From: Psilocybe cubensis
Lineage: Eukaryota
Direction: 5' to 3'
Assembly (NCBI GenBank): GCA_017499595.2
Contig: CM039001.1
Span: forward strand, 434,001-498,000
DNA: 64,000 nt
The notes under the pieces were generated by a model that had not been told where the DNA came from, did no database searches, and saw nothing but the letters and a program-made list of their open reading frames with translations. Position 1 is the first letter of the stretch. Each line of letters starts with the position of its first letter. Both the position numbers and the translations under genes were made by a program. Of the stretch, positions 23,877 through 37,545 are shown piece after piece.

Positions 23877-26800
23877 AGTCGGCTTAAGGGATCAGAAAGG
23901 CGTCACAGAGCTGCGTGAGAGAAGAACCTGCTACGCTGCAGGTTATCCTTGGGAGAAGAGGGGGAGATGAATGGGGGAGAAAAGAAGGAAGGTGGGAAAT
24001 TGAAACATGGACGGACGAGTATATATACGGGCGGAAAAAAGGCTGAGTCAGCGACATGTATTCTTTTTGTCGCCAACGCCAATCTGGATAGTATATGATA
24101 GCTCAGAGATGAAGGTGAAGGGCGGAAAGGACAACTTGGCCATTCACACTCCGCCGTACGTCACTGCCGAATTGAGCTATTCAAATGCCGCTTCTGGCCA
24201 TCACGTGTTTGTGATGGGTGTCTCCCTCAGACTTTAACGCCCGGCATCTAATCACGTCTATTATCGTTCGCTGACGCGCCACTAAATGACCGGTGTGCGC
24301 AGAGAGTCGACGCCAGCGACGAGTGCGACTCAATCGTCGTCTTTTGCTGCATATTCATTTGCCCATTTGCATCCGGCTCGGGCCGCAGTCAATCCAGACA
24401 TCCTTCGTACTTCTCCGAGTTTGTTAAACGGCACTTTGTGACCCACTCCCGATGTGCGCAGATGCAAGGGGACAATCTCCATCGCGCCGCCACTAGATCG
24501 CGTCTCCAGAATTTACTGTCTCCGTCTCCCACCTTGCTTTGACAGCGGCCCACTATGTGCACGCCTCGCTCGCGGAAGAATGATTTCTTCTTGTAATCGA
24601 ATCTACAATCCGGCCGTTACCGTTCTCTACCTTTGCTTTCCCCAGAACTCTATCAGTTTACGACACCCTGGGGATTTTGCGTGTCAGATAACAGTGCGAA
24701 TCACCTCTCGCCGTGCGCGCCTTTTCATGTTTTGTCCTCCTCTGCTCTTCCTCGCGCCACAGGATCTCATGGAGATCGTGCATTGTATCTGTCACTGCAC
24801 TGTAAGGTTAGCCTTCAGATCTCACCGTTCCAATTTCAAGCCTATACTCTATTGCTACTACGAGGGTTCATTTTGCCATCATGGCACCACACCATTTATC
24901 AATAGGGGCACTCGTTGCTTATAGAACAGCTCATAATTAAACACTCCTTGTCGCTCTATAAAGAATCCAGAATACTTGCGTAAACCCATCCCTTCATGGA
25001 CAGCAGCAGCAGTCCATACGTCACCATTTACTCACCAATTGCACAATTCGCTACGATGAATGGCCCTCTTTCTCTTGTTCTGAAAACGTACGCTGCAACC
25101 TAATCTGCTACGTCGTTCAAAGCATCGCAAATGAAATATAGCCTTTGCTCTCAACCAACTGACCAAATCTGGCGTCGCGGTACGTGCGCATTCTGCCCGA
25201 GCTATTGGCCCCTTAGTCATGTACATCAGATTCATATTCGAATTACGCCGGCTCGTCTATCCATCGAAGGCGGTAAACTGTAAAAAATTTCCTCCTTCTC
25301 AAACACCCAGCAGCGCGCCGAACGGACGACCGTTTGTTCTTTTTTCCTCAATGACCATCTGATGCGCACACAACCGCGAGAGCTAGAAGAGTGGGCGACC
25401 GTACCGTCGCGCCTATGGATCATTTCCCGAGTTTTCTCTCCGATGTTCAAGGTAAATCGGTCGTATCGTACTTCCCGTCATGTCATAGACAGAAAGCTAG
25501 TACATATCTATCACTAGCGCTTGGCGGCTGCTGTCGCGCCAAATGCCCCAGCGTATTAAGCGACACGCGACGGCGACGTCCACTGCACCACATAATTATT
25601 CTGCCAACGCAACATCACCTCGTCAACGAAAAAAGGCATATAACCTCTGACAGTGAATTATTTCAAGTTTATCTGCACGATATCAAAGTGTCCTAGGCGC
25701 CGCAGTCTATCGCGTAGCTCCAGCGTAGAACACTTTGGGGAAGATATGCACCTTTATCTAGTATAAAGGAGTAGCATTTGATATTAAAAGCTGTCGTGTG
25801 GATGTAATCATTCATATGCATAGACCAAATGGTGTATGGAACATGTAGCCTGGACTAAGGATCACGAAGCTGATAAGATGGGCGTAGCCACAGGTTTGCT
25901 TGCGGTGATTGCGGTGCTCGAATTGCTGGTAAAAGCGTAAAAATTACGCTCATGCGTCCCCAAGTGCCGGACGCCGTAATAGAGATGGTAATTTAGCAAT
26001 AGATAATCTCGCACGGGAACCCGGCACGAATCACAGCGAACATGATCACGATATACCATCCAGAAGCCCAACTCGAATCATGCGAGAGAGTACGCATCTA
26101 CAACCACCCATACCAAGCGCGAACATAAAGGTGGTAACGCACAGTCGGCAAACGCAAATCACGGAACAAAGGAGTGTCACCAAAGACCCGACGCCAGTAC
26201 GTCAAGTGACGGATTTCTCAGGGCCTCGTCTGACGATGATCAGCGTCAAGCGATTGGACAGGATGCTCGCATCGCAAATGTCGCCAAAGAGGCACATTAC
26301 TACGCGCCGCTCGAGCTTCAAGGAGACAAAGAGGAGAAAGCTTGAAGCCAGCAGGCAAGACGATCCGGCCAGATATAGGGCACGAGGCCTGTCAAGCGTC
26401 CTTCCTTTGCCTGCAAAGTTGACAGATGTAGGTCAGCCCTGTAGACCTGTACGTGATGTAGAGCTTCAAGAGGAACAGGAATCACACATTGACTTCTGCG
26501 GGCCCGTTCATAGCCAGTCATTGATTTGCCATGAAAGGAACAAGAGAACGCAAGGGGCAGCAGCCGTAGCTCCCACAGCTTGGCAGATGGATCCTACAGG
26601 TCATCCTATTCATCCCGAGTTCCCTCGAAATAAAGCATAATTATATTAAATGACGCACCAATATACTTTCGCAATCGCAGGTCCACACTAGGCGATCCGC
26701 CACCTCCCTTCTGAAGGTACTGTCCGGCCCCTTTTGTGCGAGACATCTTCCAGGAGTTGTTTCTTTGAGGTGAATGTGTAGCTATCAACCATCAAATCCG

Positions 26801-28126
26801 ATGATGTAGGCTCCGAATGCGAAGTTAAAGCAAAGAGTCGCCTATTTAACGATGTTGATCGATGCGCCCCAACAAAGCGTTTGTAGAGCAGCTCCGGCGG
26901 CGACACCTTGAATTTTATGGTGTACATAAGAATTGGGCACCTGGATAGGCCATAATACACTGCGATGTGTAATACAGATGGCCAGCTATTCAGAGAAAGT
27001 TGAAAACAGAGCGTATCAGGATAGTTTTTGACATTGGTGAGCCAAATATTCGAGTGTGGCGGTGGCGAATGCGGTGGTGCGCACCGAACGGCGACTTGGG
27101 TGCCTTGGATGGGCTGAATTGACCCTCAGTCATACGATACACTATACAGAGTAACTTGATGCCATTGTAGTCGGAGGAGGGGAAGGATCGAGTGAGAGAG
27201 CCTTGTAAGGCATATGTCAGCATTTTTAGACCAATGAAAATTACGGCTACTCACTAAAGCAATCGAATTTACTCGCTCATGTGTCGAGGACAAGGTTTCT
27301 TGTTCAATTCAGGATATATTGGCATCGATTCAACCATAAGCAATGGCCTCAATCGTCCTCAATAACGTTGTCATTCATAAACAGCGTAAACATGCAATTT
27401 TCCCAATGAAAAGTGAAAGCTTCGCTGCTATGTAACCTGGGATTTGTGCCGTACTGCTTTCAAAGTGACTACGATACCATTAGATGCTTGCCAGCCTAAA
27501 ATTAACGGTAAGAGGACTCACTGAAAATACTCGTACTAGGACCCCTTTGGTTGCTGTTGTATTCGGTTCTGCCTTTTCTCCAGATCAACTGCGGGCGTCG
27601 ACTGTGACCATGCATTCGGCACTCTTTTCATATCAGAGATAGTCATAGAACCGAGTTTACATTCGCCTACGGCCTTCTATACAATGTCCATTAATGAATT
27701 CGAGAAAAGCGTTCTGAGGATGGTTGCAAGTAGAGAGCAAAGAGCTACAAGCGAACCGAACACCGAACCGCAACCGTGCTGTGCCGAGTGCCCTGCGGAC
27801 CGGCAGTGCATGACAACCGTGAGACTGGTTCGGTGCCTGAGTCGCTTGTTTTGTCCCAGGCTCACGGTGTCTTGACATAAGCGGATCGGCTTGGTTCAGA
27901 TTGATTAGATGGGTCTCCTCTCCTTGAAACTGGTCTAACCACTACTACCCTCACATTTCTCGAATTGTCGCGCCAGTATAGGTATAGAGACTGCGAAAGG
28001 ATAGAGTCAATAATTGTTGAAAGGAGGCTATCAGTGTCCGGATCCAAAGGCAGTCCAGAACCTCGTCGCGAGGCAGAAACGAGGCCGCAGTGATACACAC
28101 CCAAAGACCGGAACCTGAATCCGAAA

Positions 28127-30018
28127 ATGCCTGCCCCAGTGGTCTACGTATTAGCTATCGTTGGCACTGTCGGTGCTGTTCTGGCTTTCAAAGAGGTGCG
28201 TGTATTCATAGATTAGCCAAAGAGCACAATTGACTCCGAAACTTACAGTTTGTCTACGAGCCTCATATCTCGCCCGCCATCGATAGATGGAAGCTCGAGT
28301 ACCAGGCTGCTCGAAGAAGGAGAGAAGCGGCCAATGCTTCAGAGGGGGATCTTCTGATGTCTCAGACGGACGGTCGAAGGCCAGACGCTGGGCGCAATTT
28401 CGACGAAGATGGCGATTCCGATGATGACAAGCCGTTGGCTGAACTTGGGAAAGGCAGTAGTAGATTTCTCAAAGGTGGACTCCTTCTCAGGCGACAAGTT
28501 CCAGAAAGTCAAGGAGACGTAGAACTCGAGGACCTCGTTGCACGCGAAGTCAGTGAGTGGAGGAACGATGATGCCGGACGTGTTTTGAGGCAGAGAAAGA
28601 ACGCATCAGAAAACAATGCTATGGACGAGGTATTTTCTCCCTACTAATCTTGTGGTAAACATCTAACGCGGATGCTTCAGTCAATACATGCCATTCCTTA
28701 TGCACCGTTATCACCTTCTCGCACCCATGTTGTATTTGATCCTTCTGCTCCTTCTACCCCAGCAAGTGGGAACGGGAGTGCCGGTAGCCGGCATCAGTCT
28801 CTTCCTCATTCACCTGCTGTAGCTTCCGGAATCGAAATTTCTAGGGACGTTGGCTCGCCCAAACCCGCTACAAGATCTTCATCCCCTCAGGTGCCTTCAC
28901 CCAAAGTTACGTCAAGACCAAGTTCGCCGCTTGCTCCTCAACCCCCACCCCCAGTGTCTCCTTTGCAGCAATCAATCACCCAATCAATGCTACTCGGCGC
29001 CGGGAATTTACCAACCCCAACTGCATCGACTTCTATTATTTCGTATTCGACTCACCCTCTTCAACACTCGTACACGGTTCCTTCCCTTTCCCAGTCGTAC
29101 CCCCAGGATTTGGACTATGAACACGGTCTGGAACTGCTGTCCCCACCTTCTTCACGCTCTGAATCTCCATTTTCCATGGCTGGAATGAGCCCGACCCCTG
29201 GTCCTGTCTCCGGCGAAGGCTTGAGAGCTCTGAGTCCCAGTGGCAGTGCAAGCAATTTTTCTACTTCCAGTTTCTCCTCCGCTGTATCCTCTCCATCCCC
29301 TCTGCGTATGGGACTTGGAAATGAGTCGTTCGATGCGGTATCCCCCTTCCTCGATCCTACTCCGCCCAGGATTCAAGGATCAAGCGTGACGGATTCTGCA
29401 AGGAGTACGACGTATCTTTCCTTCTCCGAGAATTCATCCGAGGACGAGGCTGGTGGTATTCATTTTCTACCACCTCCGCAAATGGGAGCTAGTGTTGGAG
29501 TTACCAGCGCTTTTGGTCCCATTAGCCCTCCGCCCGTAGGAATGCAAAATCTCCCGGTGCAGTCGGGTCAATCAGGCAGTTTGCTAAATGCCAGAACTAC
29601 TTCAAGCTCGAGGGAAGAATCCAGGACCACCGCTGGCTTCGGCACAACAGGTAACCACTTCACGAGTTCAGAACGATCATTCGATGGGACATTTTCCACC
29701 AGAAGCCATTCCAGTGCCTTTTCTTCGCCTGCATCTACGTTCCTGCGCCCCACCCCAGTTCGCGGGTCAGGTAACCCACCGCAGGCTCAGAGCGATGCGG
29801 ACTTGTCCGACCTTGATTTGATGTCTGATTACGCGCCGAGTGAGAGCGATTTTGGTACTGGTAATGAAAGTGATTCTAGTTGGAGCATGGCTGGCGGTTC
29901 CGCTGCGGCCAGCCCTCGCATGGGACACAATTCTGCTAACAATGCAGCAACTACGGCGAACATCACTCGAGGAGGCACTGTCAGGGACTCTAGGGGTGGT
30001 CGCTTTGTCCAAAGATGA
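28127..30018 (+). CDS. Hypothetical protein: N-terminal membrane anchor followed by a long Ser/Pro-rich disordered region
   Basis: MPAPVVYVLAIVGTVGAVLAFKE|FVYEPHI..., canonical introns near 28196-28248 and 28630-28680, then a 448-codon S/P-rich ORF. Confidence 0.75.
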
Positions 30019-30276
30019 TCATTGTATACTGGCTTTTCAAGAGGATAATGTATGGACCCACACTACACCGGCTTATCATGTCCGTCCGACCTGGGCAAGC
30101 CCGATTCCCGACTTAAATTATCTCAGCATCGTTTTGCGTCCTGAAACACGGCAGTTAACACTCTGGAACATTGCTTTATTTAAATATCGCGGACGCCACA
30201 TTCTGATTCATTGGATTACCTTCTATTCCATCCTCATCATCTGCATACATCACTTTGGCCACACATACACGAACAC

Positions 30277-30305
30277 AAACATCAAACATCAAACATCAAA
30301 CATCA
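30277..30305 (+). repeat. Short (AAACATC)n tandem repeat, about 4 units
   Basis: aaacatcaaacatcaaacatcaaacatca read directly. Confidence 0.85.
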
Positions 30306-31267
30306 CATACACACAGAAACCTACACAATGTGCCGATCACCTAGTAGATCCATCAATGCAAGATGGCATTGGTGCTTATTTACCAAGTTTGGTTTTCTTT
30401 CTTTTTTCTCCAAGTTCTCTGACTCCGTAATTTATCTGACCATTTCTTTTTGTCATTCCTACATCCCTGCTCATTGTATCATTCTTTCCCTTCCAGTTTC
30501 ATAAACATATTTCATTGTCTGCTCTCTGTACACTCACTTGTTTGTACTCATCTTTTGCTCCTTTCTTTCTTTGTTGTCGTTCCCTGCCTGGTTTTCCTTG
30601 TGCCATCTGTTGAACGTTTTCTTTTTTTCATTGCCTGTACCCAATAACAAGAATCTAAACACAATTCCAATGTTTTTTAAAAAGCCTAGGTTGACATACT
30701 TTTTTTTGGTCAAACTAGAAGTCGAAACGTGATGTAGGGTTGGAGCCGAGCACATGCCATTGGCTACGGAATTACTGCCGTCAGCGTGTGTCAAACTTGC
30801 TTAACCTTTCATTGAGCAAGCAATGCTATTAACCCGGTATGTCGTTTTATATTGAATACCGAATGCAAACAGCAAGCTGAGCTACTATCATGATTAGCCA
30901 TTCCGTGGCAATGGTTTTTTGAAGTAATTTGCAGGTAAGTAGCGAACTTGTTCTCTCAAAGTAAACAATTCGTCGGATAATTGAAGACAAAATGATTGGC
31001 CTCATCTCGTAATGACAACCGTGGTTGGATTTCTCGTCGAGCCCGCATGAAAAATGAATCTAAAATAGTCCAAAAGGCTTGGCCTTTAACTCGGTCTTCA
31101 GGGTTGACGTTGGTGGAGGACAACACGCCTGTGCCTGACGACTTCTGTTGACCCGAAAGGAACCAGACGGTCTAACCACATCAACCACTAGAGCGGCGAA
31201 TGGTCAACGATACCCGTCTTGTTCTTCTTTCCTCTTTCCCACTCAGTCCTCCCCATTTTTTGACGCT

Positions 31268-32786
31268 ATGCAACGCCTCCAACGGCTGAGCGTGTTTTAC
31301 GCTCTTACATACCTTCTTTCTATCGTCTCTGCTGACTACCTGCCCTTTCGTGAACACGCTGGCGCATCCTTTTTCGATGGGTGGGCATATTATGGCAATG
31401 TTGACAACACGACATGGGGTATGTTTTTTTTCTTTTCTCGTTTTATGCAAGGTGCTTACAGTGTCCGTCATGGACTAGGAAATGTCACATATCTAGACCA
31501 GCCTGGTGCTCAAACTAAAGGTCTTACCTTCATCAACGCAGCGGGAAATGCTGTTATCAAGGTCGACAACACATCAACTTTGGCGCCCCCGCTGGCGCAA
31601 GGCGACGTAGTCAACAGAGACTCGGTGGGCCACTAACCTGATTATGTTATATCCGGGCTTCTCTTACATTTGTTTCCCGAACGTAGATTCGTCTTACCTC
31701 CATCGACACCTATGGCATTGGTTCGCTAATTATCATCGATGTCCTTCACCTCCCTTACGGATGCTCTGTAAGTCCAGCACAACAGCATCCTAGTATTTAA
31801 CTTAACATGTCGAATATAGGTTTGGCCTTCGTTTTGGACTTATGGAATGCAGGAAGAGTGGCCCAACGCCGGAGAAATTGATATCATCGAAGGAATCAAC
31901 AATATGCAGCACAACCAAATAGCCTTGCATACGCCCACTGGTTGCTTCCAAGCCCCAAACCCTCCCCAATCTGGAACAACTTTGGAGACTGATTGCTCGA
32001 CCGACCGTGGTTGTATCGTTGCGGAAACGAAGCCCAATAGCTTTGGTCCTGGCTTCGCACAGGCAGGAGGAGGCGTGTACGCTGTTCAGATGGATACTTC
32101 CGGTATCTATGTCTGGTTCTGGAGTGTATGTCTTCTTAAACATTTCTTTTTATTTATTCTCTTATGTCTCTCTGATAGAGGCCTGATGTCCCTATGAATA
32201 TCCAAACTGCCACGTCGACGGATAAAATGAGTCTCTCCACCTGGGGAATGCCTTCTGCTGCATACCCAGTTTCTGCTTGCAACGTTACCCAGTATTTCCC
32301 CCCTCAGAATCTAGTTTTGCTTACTAGTCTGTGTGGCGCCTGGTATGTATCCCGAAAATACCAGTTACCTTATATCTAACATGCCACTAGGGCTGCAGTT
32401 CCTGATATCTATCAATCGACTTGCAAAACACCAACCGGGTCTTGCGTGAGTACTTTTCAAGTCAGGTATCGATGTCCCCGGATAGCATCTAATCATATTC
32501 GCAGTTCTTTGATAACGTTTTGGGTCCTCCCAGCAATTTTGATGAAGCCTACTGGGAAGTCAAATATGTCAGAACTTACTTCTCAGAGGATCTTCCCAGA
32601 CCATCGTCCTCCAGCTCCAGCATTTCGAGCACCCCGACCGCCTCGGCCACGCAATCAGATGCCTCCGCCAAATCTTCTGGAAAAACCCTCACCTCATCTG
32701 CCATGCTCTCATACATCTTCTCCGAGACCTCTGCTACGTTAACCCTTCTGTTCAGTGTCGTGGTGACCAGTATGTTTTGGGTTTAA
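31268..32786 (+). CDS. Glycoside hydrolase family 16 (fungal Lam16A-like beta-glucanase), secreted, probably GPI-anchored
   Basis: Signal peptide MQRLQRLSVFYALTYLLSIVSA; WPSFW...WPNAGEIDIIEG catalytic ExDxxE; GGGVYAVQ...IYVWFW; LCGAW; FDEAYWEVKYV; Ser/Thr linker and hydrophobic C-terminus. Confidence 0.93.
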
Positions 32787-33651
32787 GTTTTAATGATGAT
32801 GGAATGAGGACTTGCTACGTAAAGACTTGGAATGGTTTCAGTACTTGGATTCTTGGCCAATTCACCATACACGGACATCTGCTATGCACAGTAATACCCC
32901 ATTATATCCAGCTATGTATCGCTCCTTTTGCATCTCTGGTGTTCTCTATACAACATGTCACTACTAACTGTACATATCCGTAATTAATACACACTCGCTT
33001 TGTTTTTTAAATGCTTCCTGGATGATAGCATTTGACGGATGTGATGCACATAAGCATTACCAACTCTTAACTTCTCCGCTTGTCAAACATCCATCGAACT
33101 CTAGAAAAATCTTCCAATGCTGGTAAAGGGTGCTCGGCCATTGAGTGACAATAAAAAGTCCGCTCCGTGCTGCCGTCACGGTGGGGCGCCAAATTGGCGC
33201 CAATCAGAAGTGCTTAAATGGATGACGAACTCAGGAATTAACAGTGAAGCTTCAGTTCACGTCAACGTCACCGGCGGCTGTTAGTATGGTAGTATCACAA
33301 CCGGCGGCATCTGGATCCATATCGAAGGCTGAGCCGCTGGAGGGCTGAAGTGGGAAGCATTGTCCAAGAAGCAAGAAGCCTTTGTACAGATAGGGTTTCC
33401 ATTGCTCAACTGATGAGCTTGGAAAAGGTCTATTGGTGGTTTAAATTTGAAGCAATTCTAGAAGCGCAAATAATGGTAACTGTGAACAGTAGGTCTTGGA
33501 AATTTTTGATAATAACACGATAAAGGGGTATATATATCATAATTGGCTGTCTAGGGTATAGTAATTAGGCCATTTATACAGTTTCGAGAGACGTTGTCTA
33601 TAAAATACATATCACTATCGATAACGCATTATGGCAGAACCACAATCCACA

Positions 33652-34757
33652 TTACTTGGAGTTCTGAGCTCCTTTCATCCCGACGTATTTGGTTAACTCC
33701 TGATATTTTCTCAGTATCCAACTCCATAAAAGCGTCGTGGAAGTCTCATCGCACCTTCTGGGGCTATTGATGACCTCTTTCACGTCGTGGACGGGGACAG
33801 ACTTCCAGTCATGAGCATATGTGCTAAATTCTCGGAATACTTTGTCCTTTAGAACACAATGCATATGCAGATGGGCAATGCTCGCATCGGGTGCAGGGTG
33901 GAAATAGAAATTGAAGAGCTCGTCAACCGATTGCGTTCTAGCTCTAAGAATTTCGTTCAACTGCTTGGCCGACTTACGAACCTCCTGCATGGTGTTGTCA
34001 AATTCCTCGAGAAGCTCCGGTGAGTGCGACTCGACACTCTTTCGGGCAGCAGCAGCACGGTTCTTTACTGCAGTTTCCAGCCAAACTGTAGTCTTATCGA
34101 TAGCCTCCGCTGATTGCCAAAAGGACTTGAAGTGGCTCGTCATCTCGTCTATAAAACCAGTCTCCTTCATGGCAACAATGTTATAGACTACACATATCAA
34201 TCAATACACAGCGCTATAAGATGATCATGATGATATCAAAACGTACTTCGTTTCTTCGGTATCACCAACAGATGGACATAGGCCATGCCAGCGGAAGGCG
34301 TTTTGTCCTTGCCATCGGGATCCCATTTCGCAAGGTATTGCCTGGTGTCGTGGCTTGCAGTATTTCCAATGACATACAGTGTGTCAGTCTCGGAGAGTAC
34401 TTGCGCAGGGTGGTTCAACTTGAAATCCTGTACTAGGCTTAGTATGGATATACATTTCTTGATCAAGGTGCGCTCGTACTGTAAAGAACGTGTCGCTCTT
34501 GCGCCACACAGTTTTACCGCCGGGTGCTGGCTTTCCGACCAGAGGCGGAGGAATGAAACCCTTTCTACAGAATGGTTAGAACCATTTCACACCTTTCAAT
34601 TCCGATCGAATTGCCACACTGACATCACCGTATAGTTATGGGTATCATCTCTCCGATTGTATGCATCGATATCGCTGGCTGAATCGGGGTTGCTTTCAAA
34701 TTCCTTGCGCCTCTGAACAAATAGCTCTTTGGGAGTAGATGCACTTGAAGAAACCAT
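33652..34757 (-). CDS. HIT-superfamily (histidine triad) protein
   Basis: HLLVIPK|..VYNIV and FYFHPAPDASIAHLHMHCV (HxHxH triad); ATG at 34757; first intron GTCAGT...CTAAC...TAG keeps the frame open. Confidence 0.75.
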
Positions 34758-36083
34758 GAGTATGTTCAGGAGATAAGGAAGTTGGAGCTTTGTGTGATTT
34801 CAGGGTCGAGGGGCTTTATGTGAAGTAGAGTTGTAGTACTGCCAGTGCATACTAAGAAAAGACTTCTTGCTGTCTTTTATAGATGGCAGGCTGTCCGGGC
34901 AAGTTCTTTGAACGTGGTAGTGGGTCGGATAGTCACTGGCACCTGCGGCAGTGCACATCATTGCTTTCGCACGCTTTTCACACACACACTTACCCGATTT
35001 GGGCGTTGCGTAAGTCATACTTGGAAGGACAGAATCATGATGGACAGGTAGGCATCCAACTACAAGGATACATCAAGCAAGGTCGCAATATTGACTGGCC
35101 TGTGCAAGAAGTATGTACACTGCAGTGAATCATATTTAATGAATATGACAGAAATTAGACTCCCCTGAGTCGTCGACTCTAACGAGCCACCATGATACCA
35201 TAGTACTAGTAGTGGTACAGGGTCAAGGAGATCGAGATGATCGCACCTCATAGACATAGCCAAAACCTGCGTATAATTTATGGCAGTACATATTAACAGC
35301 ATTCGCGAATAATCACCAACTATGGCCTACGGTCTTTGTGATTTCTGTCTGTTGGAGGCTGGTTTCCATCATGATTCAAGTTGAGACACGCAGTCCCGCG
35401 AATAATCAGAGTCGATAGACACTGAGTTACGCCAGCGCTCAGTGTAACGTTATTCGGTTCGGCGTAGCTCCAGCAAAAAGTGAGACTGCCGAAACATTGT
35501 TGTCAAATAAGGTAAAGATTTTTTAAACTCATCCAGTCTCGGGCCAATAGTAAAAAACGTAGTCATCAGCTGGAACCAAGTTCGCCTGGGCGGTAAGTAT
35601 CAGAATGCAACCATAACAGCTAAACATTTCATTCTAATGTTGTTTTGCAGGGGTATACGGAGATCAAGAGAATATATGTCAGGTCGGACAATTCGGATGG
35701 TGAAACCTGGTCTAAAATCAAGCAGCTTGAAACTTTGAGTTATGATATGGCCCCTACTCAATGGCGTGCAATCGGCGCGACATGACGCCTGGTTTAACAG
35801 ATAGCGCAGTAAAATTGACTACTACATGAAGCATGTCGACAGGAATTATCCAGACCTTAAAACCGGCATGTTGGTGATATTCAAACCATCATCATGACTT
35901 CACTTAGTTTCCGGACAGAGAACTTTCCGAGTAGATATTTTCTGTGGTATTGAATCGAACCCCATTACCTTCTTTCCTGAGAGCGCCCATGGTGATCTGT
36001 GGTCAATTATTTTCCTTGGGCGTCGATCCGCCTTGGTCGTGAATACATTAGTAGCAGTATCTGTAGAAATACAAATATATGAA

Positions 36084-37545
36084 TTAACAAATTACACAGT
36101 CAGCTTCCGATTTCCCAAGACGAGCCTCCAGCCGACCTCTAAGCTTTTCGTCCGGACCGATGTACGCGTTATTTCTGATTAAAAAGGCCCAGTGGTCAGA
36201 AAAAAATGCAAGAATAGTCTTTAGGCATCGGCGTTGATACACACCCGTACTGCAGGTTAACACCTAACGTACTCTCTTCCAATGAGACGACAATACTCTT
36301 CCCCGCATGTCTTCTCCTTGTCCCTGTTGCAGCTTCCAGCTGCTCATTTGAGTTTAGAACAATTGAAATCGTATTTTTGGAATGAAGCTCAGGTGTGGGA
36401 TTGGGTGAAAGAGACAGACTGGGAAAGCGAAAGAAAGAGGAAGGTGAGGTATCATTTGTTGATGGTCCCAGTGGATCCGGAGTTTGCACTTCCGTGGGTG
36501 GCGGTTTGGCTTCTGGGATTAACAGTCTAGCTTGAACGTATGTCGGAGGGCTGGATTCAATCAATGAGAGGGCTATACACCACGAGCCAACACGCGGCGC
36601 ATAAGCAGCTCTATTACGCCGTGGTTCCGAGGCAACGAAAAAAGTGAGTTGCCACATCCTACCTGATAGAATCAACCAATACATTTAGCACTTGTTAAGG
36701 TCATGATGGGGCGAGGACTGACTTCTAGCGATAAATTGCACCTCGATGTGCTTTGATACGACCATGCGTTTATGAAAATGGGGAATCGTGAAATTGACCG
36801 CAAATGAGCCTCCCCCTTCTCCTGGAATATCTTCAAGCTCCACTTCTTCTGGGGGTATTGACACTCCTAGAAGCATTTGGTCCGCCCCAGACACCGGCGC
36901 AAACTCTGGCGACTGTCTCAAGCGTTGAAACAGAGCCTGGTCAGACGTAGCAAGGCAAGCCAGGCGTACTTCGGTCACAGTTGCCTCATTCAGAGGGCTT
37001 GCATAGGATATTAGGGCGGTGAGAAGGTCAGGACATTGCATATCTTCCTTCGCCTGTTGCTCATCCGGTGGTCTCTTGACTATTGCCCAGTACAAAGGTG
37101 TATGGTTCTCTATCGACTTTTTCTGCAAGATGGAAGAAAGCGAGAGGGAATGCGTTGCACAGGCTTCTGCACAGCTTTGAAGAATGCCGGTGGCTGCTTC
37201 AGAGTTAGTTATGTGCTCTTGGATAAGATCTCTTACGAGGCCTAGGACTGTGTTCCTGACCTCGCTTCTCGTCCTGGCCTCTGTTGCAAAAGCAAACCAG
37301 CCCGTCGCCCGTGCCTTTCCCTTCGCGCTGGTTGATGGTGAGATCGGTGTCGTTGGGGTTTTAGGGGGAACTGGTGGGGGAATATCAGACAGATGTGATG
37401 AAGTAGATGGGCTCAACGAATCAGAGAAGCTCCGCTTCGTATCTTGGAGAGGTTGGGAGCTAGGTCCTGCGGTAACTGTATCATAGGAAGGGGGCGCATC
37501 ACTTGGTGTGGGATCGTCCGGTAAAGCCTGTTTGTCGATGACCAT
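36084..37545 (-). CDS. Hypothetical Agaricomycete-type protein with N-terminal PPxY and C-terminal CaaX-like (DCVIC*)
   Basis: ORFs 36685-37545 and 36196-36684 joined by introns; manually read last exon NAYIGPDEKLRGRLEARLGKSEADCVIC* (TAA 36084-36086); DAPPSYD near the N-terminus; ankyrin-like HTPLYWAIV. Confidence 0.75.

Noticed and set aside
30735..30914. GGTTGGAGCC match to the MITE TIR plus a weak inverted repeat (30757-30772 / 30900-30914)
   Set aside because: Only a 10-bp match, with no partner TIR or TSD found; compatible with chance.
35945..35990. Minus-strand GGTTCGATTC resembling a tRNA T-loop/B-box
   Set aside because: The flanks do not form a T-stem and no cloverleaf or acceptor stem could be built.
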